In this document: piece by piece, positions 46,690-56,108 of the stretch
Layout: every line of letters starts with the position of its first letter
Numbering within the stretch: the stretch's first letter is position 1
Origin: Patescibacteria group bacterium
GTDB lineage: Bacteria > Patescibacteriota > Minisyncoccia > Phycocordibacterales > Phycocordibacteraceae
Assembly (NCBI GenBank): GCA_040390125.1
Contig: JAZJYZ010000001.1
Location: 570,396-634,395, forward strand
DNA length: 64,000 nt
Direction of reading: 5' to 3'
The notes under the pieces: model-generated
The model's database searches: none
What the model saw: only the letters and a program-made list of their open reading frames with translations
Told to the model about the DNA's origin: nothing
Translations under genes and position numbers: made by a program

Positions 46690-46754
46690 TAACCCCGTTA
46701 AATCCCGCCAAGCGGGACGCTCGAATGCGAGCGTATTTAACAGGGTGTAAGATT
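46690..46754 (+). mobile_element. Gene-less copy of the GIY-YIG element
   Basis: Same ends enclosing hairpins tcccgc-caa-gcggga and cgctcg-aatg-cgagcg. Confidence 0.85.
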
Positions 46755-46787
46755 TCCTAACTCGCTTCGCTCGCAACAAAATCTAAC

Positions 46788-47333
46788 ATGATTGACCCAA
46801 TTGTTCTCAAAGGCGCAAAAATCCTCAAACAAAAAATGAAGGAAGTACCAAAAAGCCTTTTTGGTACGGCAGAGCTTAGGGACATCATTGCTCGTATGTC
46901 TCTCTCCTTAAGAGACACCAAACATGGTGTTGCCATAGCCGCAAATCAAATAGGTATTCCCTACCGCATTTTCGTCGTACGTGGATTCGTACTCGAAAAC
47001 AAAGAGAGGAATGACCCAGCAACATTGACGGAGGACGATGAAGACAGAGCATTCATTAATCCTAAAATCGTCAAAATTTCCAGGAAAAAAGAACTCATGG
47101 ATGAAGCGTGTCTTTCTGTACCAGAGTTTCACGGCACCATAAAGCGAGCACTTCAAGCAACAGTTCGTGCATACGACATTGAAGGGATCCGCTTTGAGCG
47201 AGGCGGTAGCGGACTTTTAGCACAAATCTTTCAGCATGAAACCGACCACCTCGAAGGAATTCTCTATGTAGACAAAGCAGTAGAAGTACTTAAAGTGAAA
47301 GAAGAGAGCGAGATACAAAAAGAAGAAAAATAA
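46788..47333 (+). CDS. def: Peptide deformylase
   Basis: GVAIAANQIG, EACLS, QHETDHLEG. Confidence 0.96.
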   Translation: MIDPIVLKGAKILKQKMKEVPKSLFGTAELRDIIARMSLSLRDTKHGVAIAANQIGIPYRIFVVRGFVLENKERNDPATLTEDDEDRAFINPKIVKISRKKELMDEACLSVPEFHGTIKRALQATVRAYDIEGIRFERGGSGLLAQIFQHETDHLEGILYVDKAVEVLKVKEESEIQKEEK

Positions 47334-47390
47334 AAACACACGAGCCCTATACGATTAATCGTATATGGCTGGTAACTCGTTGAAAATTGC

Positions 47391-48263
47391 ATGGCACAAA
47401 AAATACAAAAAAGTAAACTACGGATAGTATTTTTTGGAACCCCAAACTTTACTACCTTCGTACTTGATGAACTTGAAAGTGCTGGGATTCTTCCAGCACT
47501 TATTGTGACAGTTCCTGATAAACCCGCTGACCGTGGACTCGCACTCAAAGCATCTCCCGTTAAAATCTGGGGCGAGGAGCGAAACATCGATGTGCTTCAG
47601 CCTGAGAGATTAGACTCGTCAGACCCATCGGCGGATACCATTTTAAACAGCGAGTGGGATATGTTTATTGTTGCAGGATATGGAAAACTGTTACCGGCGT
47701 CCCTTCTCTCAATTCCCAAGCATGGCACGCTGAACGTGCACCCATCTCTCTTACCTAAATTCCGTGGCCCTTCGCCTATCGAAACTCAAATTTTGTCAGA
47801 CGCAAAAGAAGTAGGTGTCTCCATTATTCTTCTCGATGAAGAAACTGATCACGGCCCCATACTTGCACAAGCTTCCATCACTCCCGAGCCGTGGCCATTC
47901 AGAAGAAACATGCTTGAGGACTTGCTGTGGCACGAGGGGGGTAAACTGCTTGCCGAGTCGATTCCACTCGTTGTGGACGGCTCACTTACGGCAGAGCCAC
48001 AAAATCACACGGAAGCCACCTTCACCCCTAAACTAAAAAAAGAAGACGGGCTTATTGATCTCACGGCCGATGCGTACCAAAACTATCTCAAATTCTGTGC
48101 CTATGAAGGCTGGCCGGGCACGTACTTTTTCGTAACACGAGGAGATAAAGACATACGTATCAAAATTATTGATGCAAAATACGAGGATGGCACATTCACC
48201 CCAACTCGCATCATCCCCGAAGGAAAAAAAGAAATGGACTATTCAGACTTCGAGCGTCCTTAA
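47391..48263 (+). CDS. fmt: Methionyl-tRNA formyltransferase
   Basis: FFGTPNF, NVHPSLLPKFRGPSP. Confidence 0.96.
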   Translation: MAQKIQKSKLRIVFFGTPNFTTFVLDELESAGILPALIVTVPDKPADRGLALKASPVKIWGEERNIDVLQPERLDSSDPSADTILNSEWDMFIVAGYGKLLPASLLSIPKHGTLNVHPSLLPKFRGPSPIETQILSDAKEVGVSIILLDEETDHGPILAQASITPEPWPFRRNMLEDLLWHEGGKLLAESIPLVVDGSLTAEPQNHTEATFTPKLKKEDGLIDLTADAYQNYLKFCAYEGWPGTYFFVTRGDKDIRIKIIDAKYEDGTFTPTRIIPEGKKEMDYSDFERP

Positions 48264-48293
48264 TCCCCAATTCTTAAGATATTTCGAATAAAC

Positions 48294-48341
48294 CCCCTGT
48301 ATAGTATAAAATCACGACCGTGATTTTATACTATACAGGGG
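48294..48341. repeat. Long perfect inverted repeat (23-bp arms)
   Basis: cccctgtatagtataaaatcacg ac cgtgattttatactatacagggg. Confidence 0.85.
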
Positions 48342-48412
48342 TTTTCGCATTCCACAGTACAGTTCACTTCACATTCCACAAAAATAAAACACTGGAATGA
48401 CATCAGGTGTTT

Positions 48413-48446
48413 AAAAAATCCCGAGATTTCATCTCGGGATTTTTTT
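48413..48446. terminator. Bidirectional terminator
   Basis: aaaaaatcccgagat ttc atctcgggatttttt between convergent genes. Confidence 0.75.
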
Positions 48447-48460
48447 AATAAATGTTTTTC

Positions 48461-48784
48461 TTAAGAATTATCGGGACCGAAAACTCGATTTAATGCTCCT
48501 GCAAACACTGTGCCCAAAATCTGATTTGCATCTAAAGGTTGACCCGGTCTTTCGCTACCTTTCCCTCTTTTTACCACTCCACTGTAAATGCCAACACGAT
48601 ACTTTCTCGGGATAGAATTTCTAGTACGTCTTACGCGATAAAAAGGTTCATCGTTTTTACTGTCACTGTCAAATACCATTCTTTCTTTAACAACAGCCGG
48701 CTGCCAATCATTTGGAAAGTCCTTAACCCAGACTCTTGCTCCTGGAGCGAACTCATTTCCTCCTAAACCTTCTTTTCTCGGCAT
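48461..48784 (-). CDS. Hypothetical protein (possible SH3/Tudor-like fold)
   Basis: FAPGARVWVK..WQPAVVK; fold is inference only. Confidence 0.6.
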   Translation of the reverse strand: MPRKEGLGGNEFAPGARVWVKDFPNDWQPAVVKERMVFDSDSKNDEPFYRVRRTRNSIPRKYRVGIYSGVVKRGKGSERPGQPLDANQILGTVFAGALNRVFGPDNS

Positions 48785-48844
48785 AATTTGAACTTTACGT
48801 TAAGGTTTCAATTATAGATATTTTAAGTAAAAAAGCAAGGAGGG

Positions 48845-50167
48845 TTATAAATATTCTCTTGTTAGGTTGCGAATGCCATTGTTTGTAACGAGTACATCGT
48901 CTTCAATGCGAACGCCTCCGTAGGGAGCAATGCGGTCGATGAGTTCCCAGTTGAAGTGTGTGGATGTAGTACCGCTTCGGTGGGGGTGGAGGAGCATTTC
49001 TATAAAATATACTCCTGGCTCTACCGTGAACACCTGCCCTTCTTTTATTACATTTGTGTTTCTAAGCTCTGGAGTTTTCTTACTTCCTACGTCGTGAACC
49101 TGAAGTCCGAGCATGTGTCCTACACCGTGCGGAAAAAATACTTTGGTAAGCCCCAGCTTCACAGCTTCTTTTCCATCAACCGTGAGAATGCCGAGTGAAA
49201 AAAGTAAGTTTCCAATTTTGAGGTGTGCTTCTTTCTGTAGCTCTTCAAAGGAGAGTCCTGGCTTCACTAACGCACATAGTTCTTGCTGTAATTCTTCAAC
49301 CCCCTGAAGAAGTGCGGTGAAAAGTGAATCGACGTGCGGTGCTACAAATGTACGTGTGACATCCGACGCATACCCGAGACAGCTCGCTCCTGCGTCAAGA
49401 AGGAGTGACGCACCATTTCGCACCTCTCTCCGCTTGCCTTGATAATGCAGAGTCGCACCTTTTTCATTCAACGCCACAATAGTTTCATATGGTAATTCCC
49501 TTTCCACACAAGCGACTGCCTTCATATATGCTTGATGAATTTCAAGCTCCGATGCACCAGCAAGAAATACTTCACGAGCACCCTTGTGTCCCACCGACGC
49601 AATCCTATTTGCCTCGCTAATACAGGCAATCTCATACGGGGTCTTATGACTCCTCTCGATATCCAAGCGAGCGAGGAGCTCTTTCGGGTTGACACAATCC
49701 TTCCCAATCCCTTGTTTTTTTATCTCTTCCGAATTATCTCCAACATACGCAATTCTTCCAATGTTGGGTTTCGTAAACCCAACATTGAGTTCTTTCCAGG
49801 CGGAGTCGGCAGTGGATACTTCAATAAGTTCAAACTCGGAAAGCCAAAAAGATTTACCCTGAGCACTGTCGAACGGGTCGGCAAGAGAGGCTTGCTCATG
49901 CCAATAATCATCAAGCTTCACGCAAATGAGGGTAGGCTTTACATCCGGTCGTATTAAAAGAAAATTACCCGGTTCGTTTAAGGGAGCCCAGTGAGCGAAA
50001 TGCGGGTACGTACGAAACGGAGCATCCTGGTCATCAGCGAAGTAGCGAAGAGGGGTGCCTGAATAGATAATGAGTGCATCAAACCCCGTCGCTAAAAGTG
50101 CATCTTCTGTTTGTCGTTGTCGCTCACTAATGTGAGCAGAATAGAGAGAAAGAATCTCGTCTTTCAT
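48845..50167 (-). CDS. pepQ: Xaa-Pro dipeptidase (prolidase)
   Basis: LLDAGA..GYASDVTRT, PHGVGHMLGLQVHDVG, TVEPG, GGVRIEDD. Confidence 0.94.
   Translation of the reverse strand: MKDEILSLYSAHISERQRQTEDALLATGFDALIIYSGTPLRYFADDQDAPFRTYPHFAHWAPLNEPGNFLLIRPDVKPTLICVKLDDYWHEQASLADPFDSAQGKSFWLSEFELIEVSTADSAWKELNVGFTKPNIGRIAYVGDNSEEIKKQGIGKDCVNPKELLARLDIERSHKTPYEIACISEANRIASVGHKGAREVFLAGASELEIHQAYMKAVACVERELPYETIVALNEKGATLHYQGKRREVRNGASLLLDAGASCLGYASDVTRTFVAPHVDSLFTALLQGVEELQQELCALVKPGLSFEELQKEAHLKIGNLLFSLGILTVDGKEAVKLGLTKVFFPHGVGHMLGLQVHDVGSKKTPELRNTNVIKEGQVFTVEPGVYFIEMLLHPHRSGTTSTHFNWELIDRIAPYGGVRIEDDVLVTNNGIRNLTREYL
49759..49787. repeat. In-frame palindrome inside pepQ
   Basis: caatgttgggtttcgtaaacccaacattg; 25-nt core identical to intergenic 4493-4517. 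Confidence 0.9.
49848..49876 (-). repeat. In-frame TTCGAC..GCTCAGGGTAAA element inside pepQ
   Basis: Minus strand ccgtt cgacagtgctcagggtaaa tcttt encodes PFDSAQGKSF; related to 23271-23307. Confidence 0.7.
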
Positions 50168-50532
50168 GAACCACCAAATCCTCGGAAAAAATCTTTCACT
50201 TTTGCAGCACCACGACGCACGAGGTCACGCTTTCGTCCTATTTTCTTTCTAAGTTCAGCTCTAGCTTCCGCCACAGCAACCTCTATAGCCTTATGCATAG
50301 TTTCTCGTGTTGCTTCTGAGCGAACAAAACCACCCGGATACTGCAAATTGATTTCTGCACGATATACCTCGCCTGTTTTCTGACCACCAACGCTCGTACC
50401 AAGCTCAATATCAACAAGAGATTCATCTTTAGAATTAATGAGCTGCTCAAACTTGCGTGCTTTGCTTTCAACGAATTCACGGAGCTCACTGGTAAGAACA
50501 ATAGAGCCTGACGTTTTAAGATTTATTTGCAT
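50164..50532 (-). CDS. Ribosome hibernation factor (HPF/RaiA family)
   Basis: MQINLK..LTSELREFVE, YRAEINL, TMHKAIE. Confidence 0.85.
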   Translation of the reverse strand: MQINLKTSGSIVLTSELREFVESKARKFEQLINSKDESLVDIELGTSVGGQKTGEVYRAEINLQYPGGFVRSEATRETMHKAIEVAVAEARAELRKKIGRKRDLVRRGAAKVKDFFRGFGGS

Positions 50533-50773
50533 ACCCATATACTTGTAGCATTTTAACTCGTAAATGATGCCCTCGGATAATGTGGACTGCTTTCTCCGGC
50601 AAACCAAGATGCCGAGCAACGAGTGCTATCGCACGTGCATTCGCTCTATTGCCCTCTGCAGACTCCTTAACACTAACCTCCAGTGTCCTCCGCTTACCTT
50701 CATACACACCTTCCTTTTTACTATCCGGTGTAACACGGATACGGATAAGGACGGGTTCAGTGGGGGCGTTCAT
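50516..50773 (-). CDS. DUF167/YggU family protein
   Basis: IRVTPDSKKE, VKESAEGNRAN, IIRGH. Confidence 0.85.
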   Translation of the reverse strand: MNAPTEPVLIRIRVTPDSKKEGVYEGKRRTLEVSVKESAEGNRANARAIALVARHLGLPEKAVHIIRGHHLRVKMLQVYGYANKS

Positions 50774-51233
50774 ATCGTCCAATAAGCTCCGCAGACTCAA
50801 GTACGTGCCCGTGTATTGCCCTTTCGACCTCTACTCGTGTCGCCCCCTCGAAAAGTTCAAGCATTCGATCAAGTGCATAGAGTTTGAAGAAATACCTGTG
50901 CTCCCGATCGGGCGGGCACGGTCCCAAGTAAGAAGCACTTCCATGGGTATTGTTTCCTTGAATACCCGGTGGAGTCGCACCATCTTCAATCTCTACCGCC
51001 CCACTAGCTGGGGACGGGATATCAAAGACTACCCAATGATCGATGACGTCGACATGAAGTCTATCCTTTACCGACTGAGGAATGTCGGGGTCGTCCATAA
51101 TGAGCACGAGCGATTTGGCACCCTCTGGGGTTCCACGGAAAGAAAGTGCAGGACTCGTGTTCTCGCCGTCGCAGGTGTACGCCTGAGGAATGAGGGCATT
51201 TTCTTTAAAACGTGTGCTGGAGATTGTAAGCAT
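50757..51233 (-). CDS. YbhB/YbcL (PEBP-like) protein
   Basis: YTCDGENTSP, MDDPD, HWVV, YLGPCPP, HRYFFKLYALD. Confidence 0.95.
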   Translation of the reverse strand: MLTISSTRFKENALIPQAYTCDGENTSPALSFRGTPEGAKSLVLIMDDPDIPQSVKDRLHVDVIDHWVVFDIPSPASGAVEIEDGATPPGIQGNNTHGSASYLGPCPPDREHRYFFKLYALDRMLELFEGATRVEVERAIHGHVLESAELIGRYERPH

Positions 51234-51266
51234 AATCCGATGAACCTATTGTAACCTTTGAATACT

Positions 51267-51304
51267 AAAATCGAACAGGTCGCAAAAGCGACCTGTTCGA
51301 TTTT
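51267..51304. terminator. 17-bp-stem hairpin (terminator or REP-like)
   Basis: aaaatcgaacaggtcgc aaaa gcgacctgttcgatttt. Confidence 0.65.
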
Positions 51305-51334
51305 TAGAGCCTAGAACCTCTGCTTGTGTTACTT

Positions 51335-52099
51335 TCAGAAGTTAAAATGGAAACGATTCTTGAAAGATTCGAATCTCTCTCTGAACGTTTTGTGTCCATT
51401 TATATCCTCACGCACTATCGTGATTTTGGTAGCAGTGAACGTTTTTGTGCTTACATCATACGTGCCTGCAACTTTTGCTTTGTCGTTCGCGAGTATTGCT
51501 CCGAATGCAAGAGCAACATCGCCATTAGTTATGACCGAGTTCGTTGCAAGTTTTACAGTGATGACACCTTCAGAACCACCAGTTGCAAGTGTGAACTTAA
51601 GATTCGGAGTATCGATACTCTGTACAGTGCCCGCAAACGCTACTGGCTTTACGCCTGTACCTGAGTTTGACCAATCTTTAACTGACTTAGCGTCAACAGT
51701 AAGCCCTGAAGTGCTTGTGTTAAGCATACCTCCGAAACTTATGTAATCACCAACAGCAATGCGAGAAAGCACAGTGGAACCGTCTTCCCGATGTGCGAAT
51801 TTAGTATCTGCACTGGTTCGTATGCTCCATGAGAGCACAGTGGAGCCAAATGCTGTTTGCGCATTGATAACTGAACCGGATACGCTCGTGACTTTTGCAC
51901 CACGAACCATCACTTGCCCATTGTCATCAATGCGGACTTCTAATGTCGAGCCGACGCTACGATGGTCTGATTTTTTTTCCCTATCATTATTATCGTTATC
52001 ATTGTTAGCAGAAGCAAGCAGGGGCGCTATAAATAAAGCACTTACTGCAAGAACTGCTATAGAGAGGAAAATACCGAGACGAGATGAAAGAGTGTACAT
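51335..52099 (-). CDS. Secreted protein with tandem OB-fold-like (DUF5666-type) domains
   Basis: Signal peptide; two repeats VTSVSG..TKF..VGDYISFGG / GTVQSID..ANDKAKVAG. Confidence 0.7.
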   Translation of the reverse strand: MYTLSSRLGIFLSIAVLAVSALFIAPLLASANNDNDNNDREKKSDHRSVGSTLEVRIDDNGQVMVRGAKVTSVSGSVINAQTAFGSTVLSWSIRTSADTKFAHREDGSTVLSRIAVGDYISFGGMLNTSTSGLTVDAKSVKDWSNSGTGVKPVAFAGTVQSIDTPNLKFTLATGGSEGVITVKLATNSVITNGDVALAFGAILANDKAKVAGTYDVSTKTFTATKITIVREDINGHKTFRERFESFKNRFHFNF

Positions 52100-52219
52100 A
52101 ATTAAGATGTGCACGCATGTGCGTGTCTATTAAGGTTAACGGCCTGATACCAGACCTAATTCTTATGACGTACGAGCCCTTCTGATCTTACTCAAAACAC
52201 TCTATTCTATACACAGTAC

Positions 52220-53056
52220 TTACTGCACTGCCTTAATATCAGCAAGAAGACTCTCAGTTGCTTTCCGTGATGCTTGCGCAAAGTCCGCTCCACTCGATGC
52301 AAAAATAATTCCTCGAGATGAGTTTATGATGAGCCCTTTTCCATTTTGATCTCTACCTGCCAACACTGCTTTTTCTACATCGCCCCCTTGTGCACCAATT
52401 CCAGGAACAAGTATCGGCATGTCAGGAGCGAGTGTGCGCATTGTTGCAAGCGTCTCGGGACTCAGACCACTTCCGACGAGTCCACAGTTACCATGAGTAT
52501 TCCACGTAACTGTGGTGCGAACCACTTTTTCCCAAAGGTGTTCACCTCCATCAAGAACACTGTTCTGAAAATCGCCTGCACCAGGGTTCGAAGTTTTTGC
52601 AAGAACAAAAATTCCTTTATCCTTTCTTTCGAGAAATGGCTCCAGTGCATCGTGCCCAAGATACGGATTGACGGTAACAGCGTCCGCACCAAGCTCATCA
52701 AAGACAGCTCGAGCATACGCTTCACTCGTTGAACCAATGTCAGCACGCTTGGCGTCAAGGATTACAGGGATGCCATCATAGTGCTCTTTGATGTAGCTAA
52801 TGGTCCGCTTTAAAGCACGCATCCCTGCTTCCCCTTCAGCTTCATAAAAAGCGATGTTTGGTTTATACGCGCACACAAGGTCTGCGGTCGCATCTATTAT
52901 TTCAGAGTTAAAAACGAATAGCAGTTCTTCAACAGAGGGATTTTCTTTCTTGAGGACTTCAGGAATTCCTGAAACAACTGGGTCAAGTCCAACGCAAACC
53001 ATTCCAATCTGCGACCAGCGATTTTGTAGTTTTTCGGTAAACGTTGTGTTCTTCAT
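52220..53056 (-). CDS. pyrF: Orotidine-5'-phosphate decarboxylase
   Basis: CVGLDP, YKPNIAFYE, DAKRADIGST, PGIGAQGG, NSSRGI. Confidence 0.96.
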   Translation of the reverse strand: MKNTTFTEKLQNRWSQIGMVCVGLDPVVSGIPEVLKKENPSVEELLFVFNSEIIDATADLVCAYKPNIAFYEAEGEAGMRALKRTISYIKEHYDGIPVILDAKRADIGSTSEAYARAVFDELGADAVTVNPYLGHDALEPFLERKDKGIFVLAKTSNPGAGDFQNSVLDGGEHLWEKVVRTTVTWNTHGNCGLVGSGLSPETLATMRTLAPDMPILVPGIGAQGGDVEKAVLAGRDQNGKGLIINSSRGIIFASSGADFAQASRKATESLLADIKAVQ

Positions 53057-53085
53057 GTAAGAACCATAATACTGCACTCACGATT

Positions 53086-53120
53086 AAAACAAAAACCCGC
53101 CTCAGGCGGGTTTTTGTTTT
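53086..53120. terminator. Intrinsic terminator
   Basis: aaaacaaaaacccgcc tca ggcgggtttttgtttt. Confidence 0.8.
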
Positions 53121-53174
53121 GGAGCTTCCTGTTCCCCACGGAACCGATGAAGCATCGCCTATACCCTGCTCAAG

Positions 53175-53432
53175 TTACTTCATATGTGGAGAGACGAGCT
53201 TCGTCATCTCAAACATAGTCACTTCACCCTTGCCACCGAACAATACTTTTAGCTTTTCATCCGCCAAGATGTTTCTCTTGTTCTTCGGATTCTGGAGGTC
53301 ATGCTTCTTGATGTACACCCATATCTCCTTCACCACTTGGGAACGAGCCATGGGACCTTTTCCCACGACGGCTTCAAGCTCTGGAGACAAAGTGAGAGGC
53401 TTCAATAAAGCCGCATTTGCTGTTCTAACCAT
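53175..53432 (-). CDS. Stand-alone SWIB/MDM2 domain protein
   Basis: LSPELEAVVG..RSQVVKEIWVYIKKHDLQNPKNKRNILADEKL. Confidence 0.95.
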   Translation of the reverse strand: MVRTANAALLKPLTLSPELEAVVGKGPMARSQVVKEIWVYIKKHDLQNPKNKRNILADEKLKVLFGGKGEVTMFEMTKLVSPHMK

Positions 53433-53535
53433 ATATATAATTAATTATTGTAAAACGAATCCTAGAGCCCAGTATATACCATATAGAGCTCCCTTATCCC
53501 CAGGTGCCTTAGAACCTGCCCTGGAATCTTCTTTC

Positions 53536-54399
53536 TCATGCCTTTTGGCTTAAAAACAGTACTCCTGCACACATAGGCACAAAAGCGAGCACCTGCCAGA
53601 GACTAGGAGTGTCTGCAAGTAAAAAATAGGCTCCTATGAGGGTAACGATAGGGGCGATAGTTGCAAGTGCGTTTGCTTTAGCAATATTGATGCGGTGTAT
53701 TCCCTCTATCCAGAGAATCTTACTCAAACCAAAAATGAAAAACCCATTCACGAGGAGTAATAGAAGCAACCCTCCTGAAGGAATAACAAGCGAGCGTGCA
53801 CCAAACAGATATGCGAGTCCAAAAATAACGGGGACGCTAGCAAGACTCCGCACAAACATAATGCTCTCACTTGAAACTCGTGTACGGGCACGACGTTGGA
53901 ATAAATTACCGAACGGTGCAATGAACGAGGCAACCACAATCAAAAGGTCACCCGTCCTAAACGAATGAACATTGGGGTACAACACTATACCTGCGCCCAC
54001 GAGCATTAATATGGCTCCTATAATGTGCGACCGTGCTATGTATTCTTTACGCAAGACATTAAAAAGACAGAAACTAAAGAAAGTTTCTGAAAGTGCAATG
54101 ATGGATGCATTTCCAGGGCTCGTATACGTCAACCCAAAAAAGAACAAGACGTAGAAGAGTACGCCAATAATAAGAGTCGTCCAAAGCATGTCCGGCAATG
54201 CCTCAGCATTCAACACATCACCCCATTTCTTGCGAACAGTGAGGAGGATGGCAAAAAATATCGACGCAAAAAATGCACTCCACCCCAAGGCAACCATTGC
54301 AGGCATGAAGGCAATAGAAAGTACGGTAACGACAGGAAAGACCCCCCACAATAGTGCTTCACCAAAAATATACAGCTCCCCTTTCCTTTCTTCTTTCAT
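53536..54399 (-). CDS. EamA/DMT family transporter
   Basis: About 10 TM helices, GLTYTSPGNASII. Confidence 0.88.
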   Translation of the reverse strand: MKEERKGELYIFGEALLWGVFPVVTVLSIAFMPAMVALGWSAFFASIFFAILLTVRKKWGDVLNAEALPDMLWTTLIIGVLFYVLFFFGLTYTSPGNASIIALSETFFSFCLFNVLRKEYIARSHIIGAILMLVGAGIVLYPNVHSFRTGDLLIVVASFIAPFGNLFQRRARTRVSSESIMFVRSLASVPVIFGLAYLFGARSLVIPSGGLLLLLLVNGFFIFGLSKILWIEGIHRINIAKANALATIAPIVTLIGAYFLLADTPSLWQVLAFVPMCAGVLFLSQKA

Positions 54400-54404
54400 G
54401 AATG

Positions 54405-55046
54405 CTAAGCGTGCGTTATTTCGCCAAAGAATGCGTAAGGCTCTTGCTTTTCGAGTGCCCAACGTTGATTGCCATAATCAAAATGCCACCACTCACTTGG
54501 ATACACCACAAACCCTTCAGCTTCAAGAGCCTCACGAAGCATTTTTCTATTGCGTGAAGCATCGTCATTACATGGATGGGTGTCAAAATAAAACGGCTCT
54601 GCTTCTAAACCAAAATGGTCAAATGGTGTGCCCATATCGAGTTCCCTCCCGTCTCCATCCACAAGCGTAAGGTCAACGGTGCCACCAGTCGCATGATGCG
54701 GAATGCGAAGAGGATCTTTTGCATTACTCACATACGTTTCAACTTCGGCTTTGAGCAGTCCCTCACTCCAATCAGGATGAGCTAATTGGAGTGTATTCCA
54801 AAATCGTTCGTACAGAGCATCCTGCACAGTGCGCGTTCGATATGCATCCCAAATTTTCAAACGGTACCGTGCGATTGTGCGTTCGGCACGTAGAAGTTTC
54901 TCAACTACCGATTTTCTTAAAAACATTCGAGGCTCTCTAGAAATGCCTTCCTGAAAATATACAGGCTCAAGAACAAACGGGAAGCCCGCAAGATCAACTA
55001 ACGGGTCGCCATTTTCATGTATTGGTACAACATTTAAAGAGTCCAT
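54405..55046 (-). CDS. D-Ala-D-Ala dipeptidase (VanX/DdpX, M15)
   Basis: WDAYR, HATGGTVDLTL, DMGTPFD, EWWHFDYG. Confidence 0.92.
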   Translation of the reverse strand: MDSLNVVPIHENGDPLVDLAGFPFVLEPVYFQEGISREPRMFLRKSVVEKLLRAERTIARYRLKIWDAYRTRTVQDALYERFWNTLQLAHPDWSEGLLKAEVETYVSNAKDPLRIPHHATGGTVDLTLVDGDGRELDMGTPFDHFGLEAEPFYFDTHPCNDDASRNRKMLREALEAEGFVVYPSEWWHFDYGNQRWALEKQEPYAFFGEITHA

Positions 55047-55097
55047 TGCATCGCTATTATACCTAGTATATACAGATCGGAATGATAGGATTCCTTT

Positions 55098-55811
55098 ATG
55101 GAATCCGTTTTTGATAGCAATCAAAAGAATCTAGCAAAATCTGCTGGTGCTTTGCTTGAAAATACTATTGCCGAACATGGAGGTCAGCCATTGCTTATTC
55201 TGGTATCTGCAGGTTCGGCACTCCAGGTGCTGGCAGACGTAACGGTGCCTGAAAACACTTCTCACATAACACTCGGCGTGTTGGACGAACGATTCACAAA
55301 AGACGTAGCGGAAAATAATTTTTTACTCCTCACACAAACATCTTTCTATCGAGATATCGTGCAAAGGGGCGGACATACAATTGACACCAGTAAATACTTC
55401 GAAAGGGTCGAGGATCTTGCTGAGATGATGGACAATTCCTGGAGAACATGGATTGAAAAGAACCCGGATGGTCATGTAGTGGCAACCTTCGGTATGGGAG
55501 CAGATGGCCACACTGCAGGCATAATGCCTTACGCAGAAGACGCAGGGATGTTTGAGATACTTTTTGAAGATGAGAGGAGATTTGCAGTTGGCTACGATGC
55601 GCGTGGCAAAAATGCGATTCCACTTCGTGCAACTGCTACGCTTCCCTTTTTGCGTGCACACATTGACGTAGGAATTGGCTACGTCACTGGGGTTGAAAAG
55701 AAATCGGTTCTGGAACGACTGCTCGGAGAGCACGGCACCGACGCAGAAACCCCTTCACGGATCTTTCGAGATATACAGAATTTCACACTGTTCACCACTA
55801 TTGCAAGTTAA
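55098..55811 (+). CDS. 6-phosphogluconolactonase/NagB-fold protein
   Basis: SAGSA, LDERF, GMGADGHTAGI. Confidence 0.8.
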   Translation: MESVFDSNQKNLAKSAGALLENTIAEHGGQPLLILVSAGSALQVLADVTVPENTSHITLGVLDERFTKDVAENNFLLLTQTSFYRDIVQRGGHTIDTSKYFERVEDLAEMMDNSWRTWIEKNPDGHVVATFGMGADGHTAGIMPYAEDAGMFEILFEDERRFAVGYDARGKNAIPLRATATLPFLRAHIDVGIGYVTGVEKKSVLERLLGEHGTDAETPSRIFRDIQNFTLFTTIAS

Positions 55812-55876
55812 GAACCTTAAGCGTGATATTATTTTTCTAAAGATATATTAGAAGATATAAAATAAATTTTAATACT

Positions 55877-56017
55877 ATGGACGTTTTAAATGGATTCCTT
55901 CAAGCTCTCGTTTCACTTGTCATATACGTCTTTAACCTTCTCATGCAGTTCGCTCTATACTTCATGTCACTTGTCACTACGAGCGCACAAGACATTCTCA
56001 CAGGGGTGCATTTTTAA
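55877..56017 (+). CDS. Small hydrophobic protein (46 aa)
   Basis: Manual translation MDVLNGFLQALVSLVIYVFNLLMQFALYF... Confidence 0.5.
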   Translation: MDVLNGFLQALVSLVIYVFNLLMQFALYFMSLVTTSAQDILTGVHF

Positions 56018-56108
56018 TTTCTCCCTCAGGCTATCAGAGATATTTCTTCATCATTTATTCACCTGAGAGATGGTGTAATTAAGCTATAATTCATTAACTA
56101 ATATATCC

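Noticed and set aside
50580-51254. 224-aa plus-strand ORF
   Set aside because: Antisense shadow of the YbhB and DUF167 genes
54405-55046. Vancomycin resistance cluster
   Set aside because: Lone VanX/DdpX-type gene with no vanA/vanH/vanRS nearby
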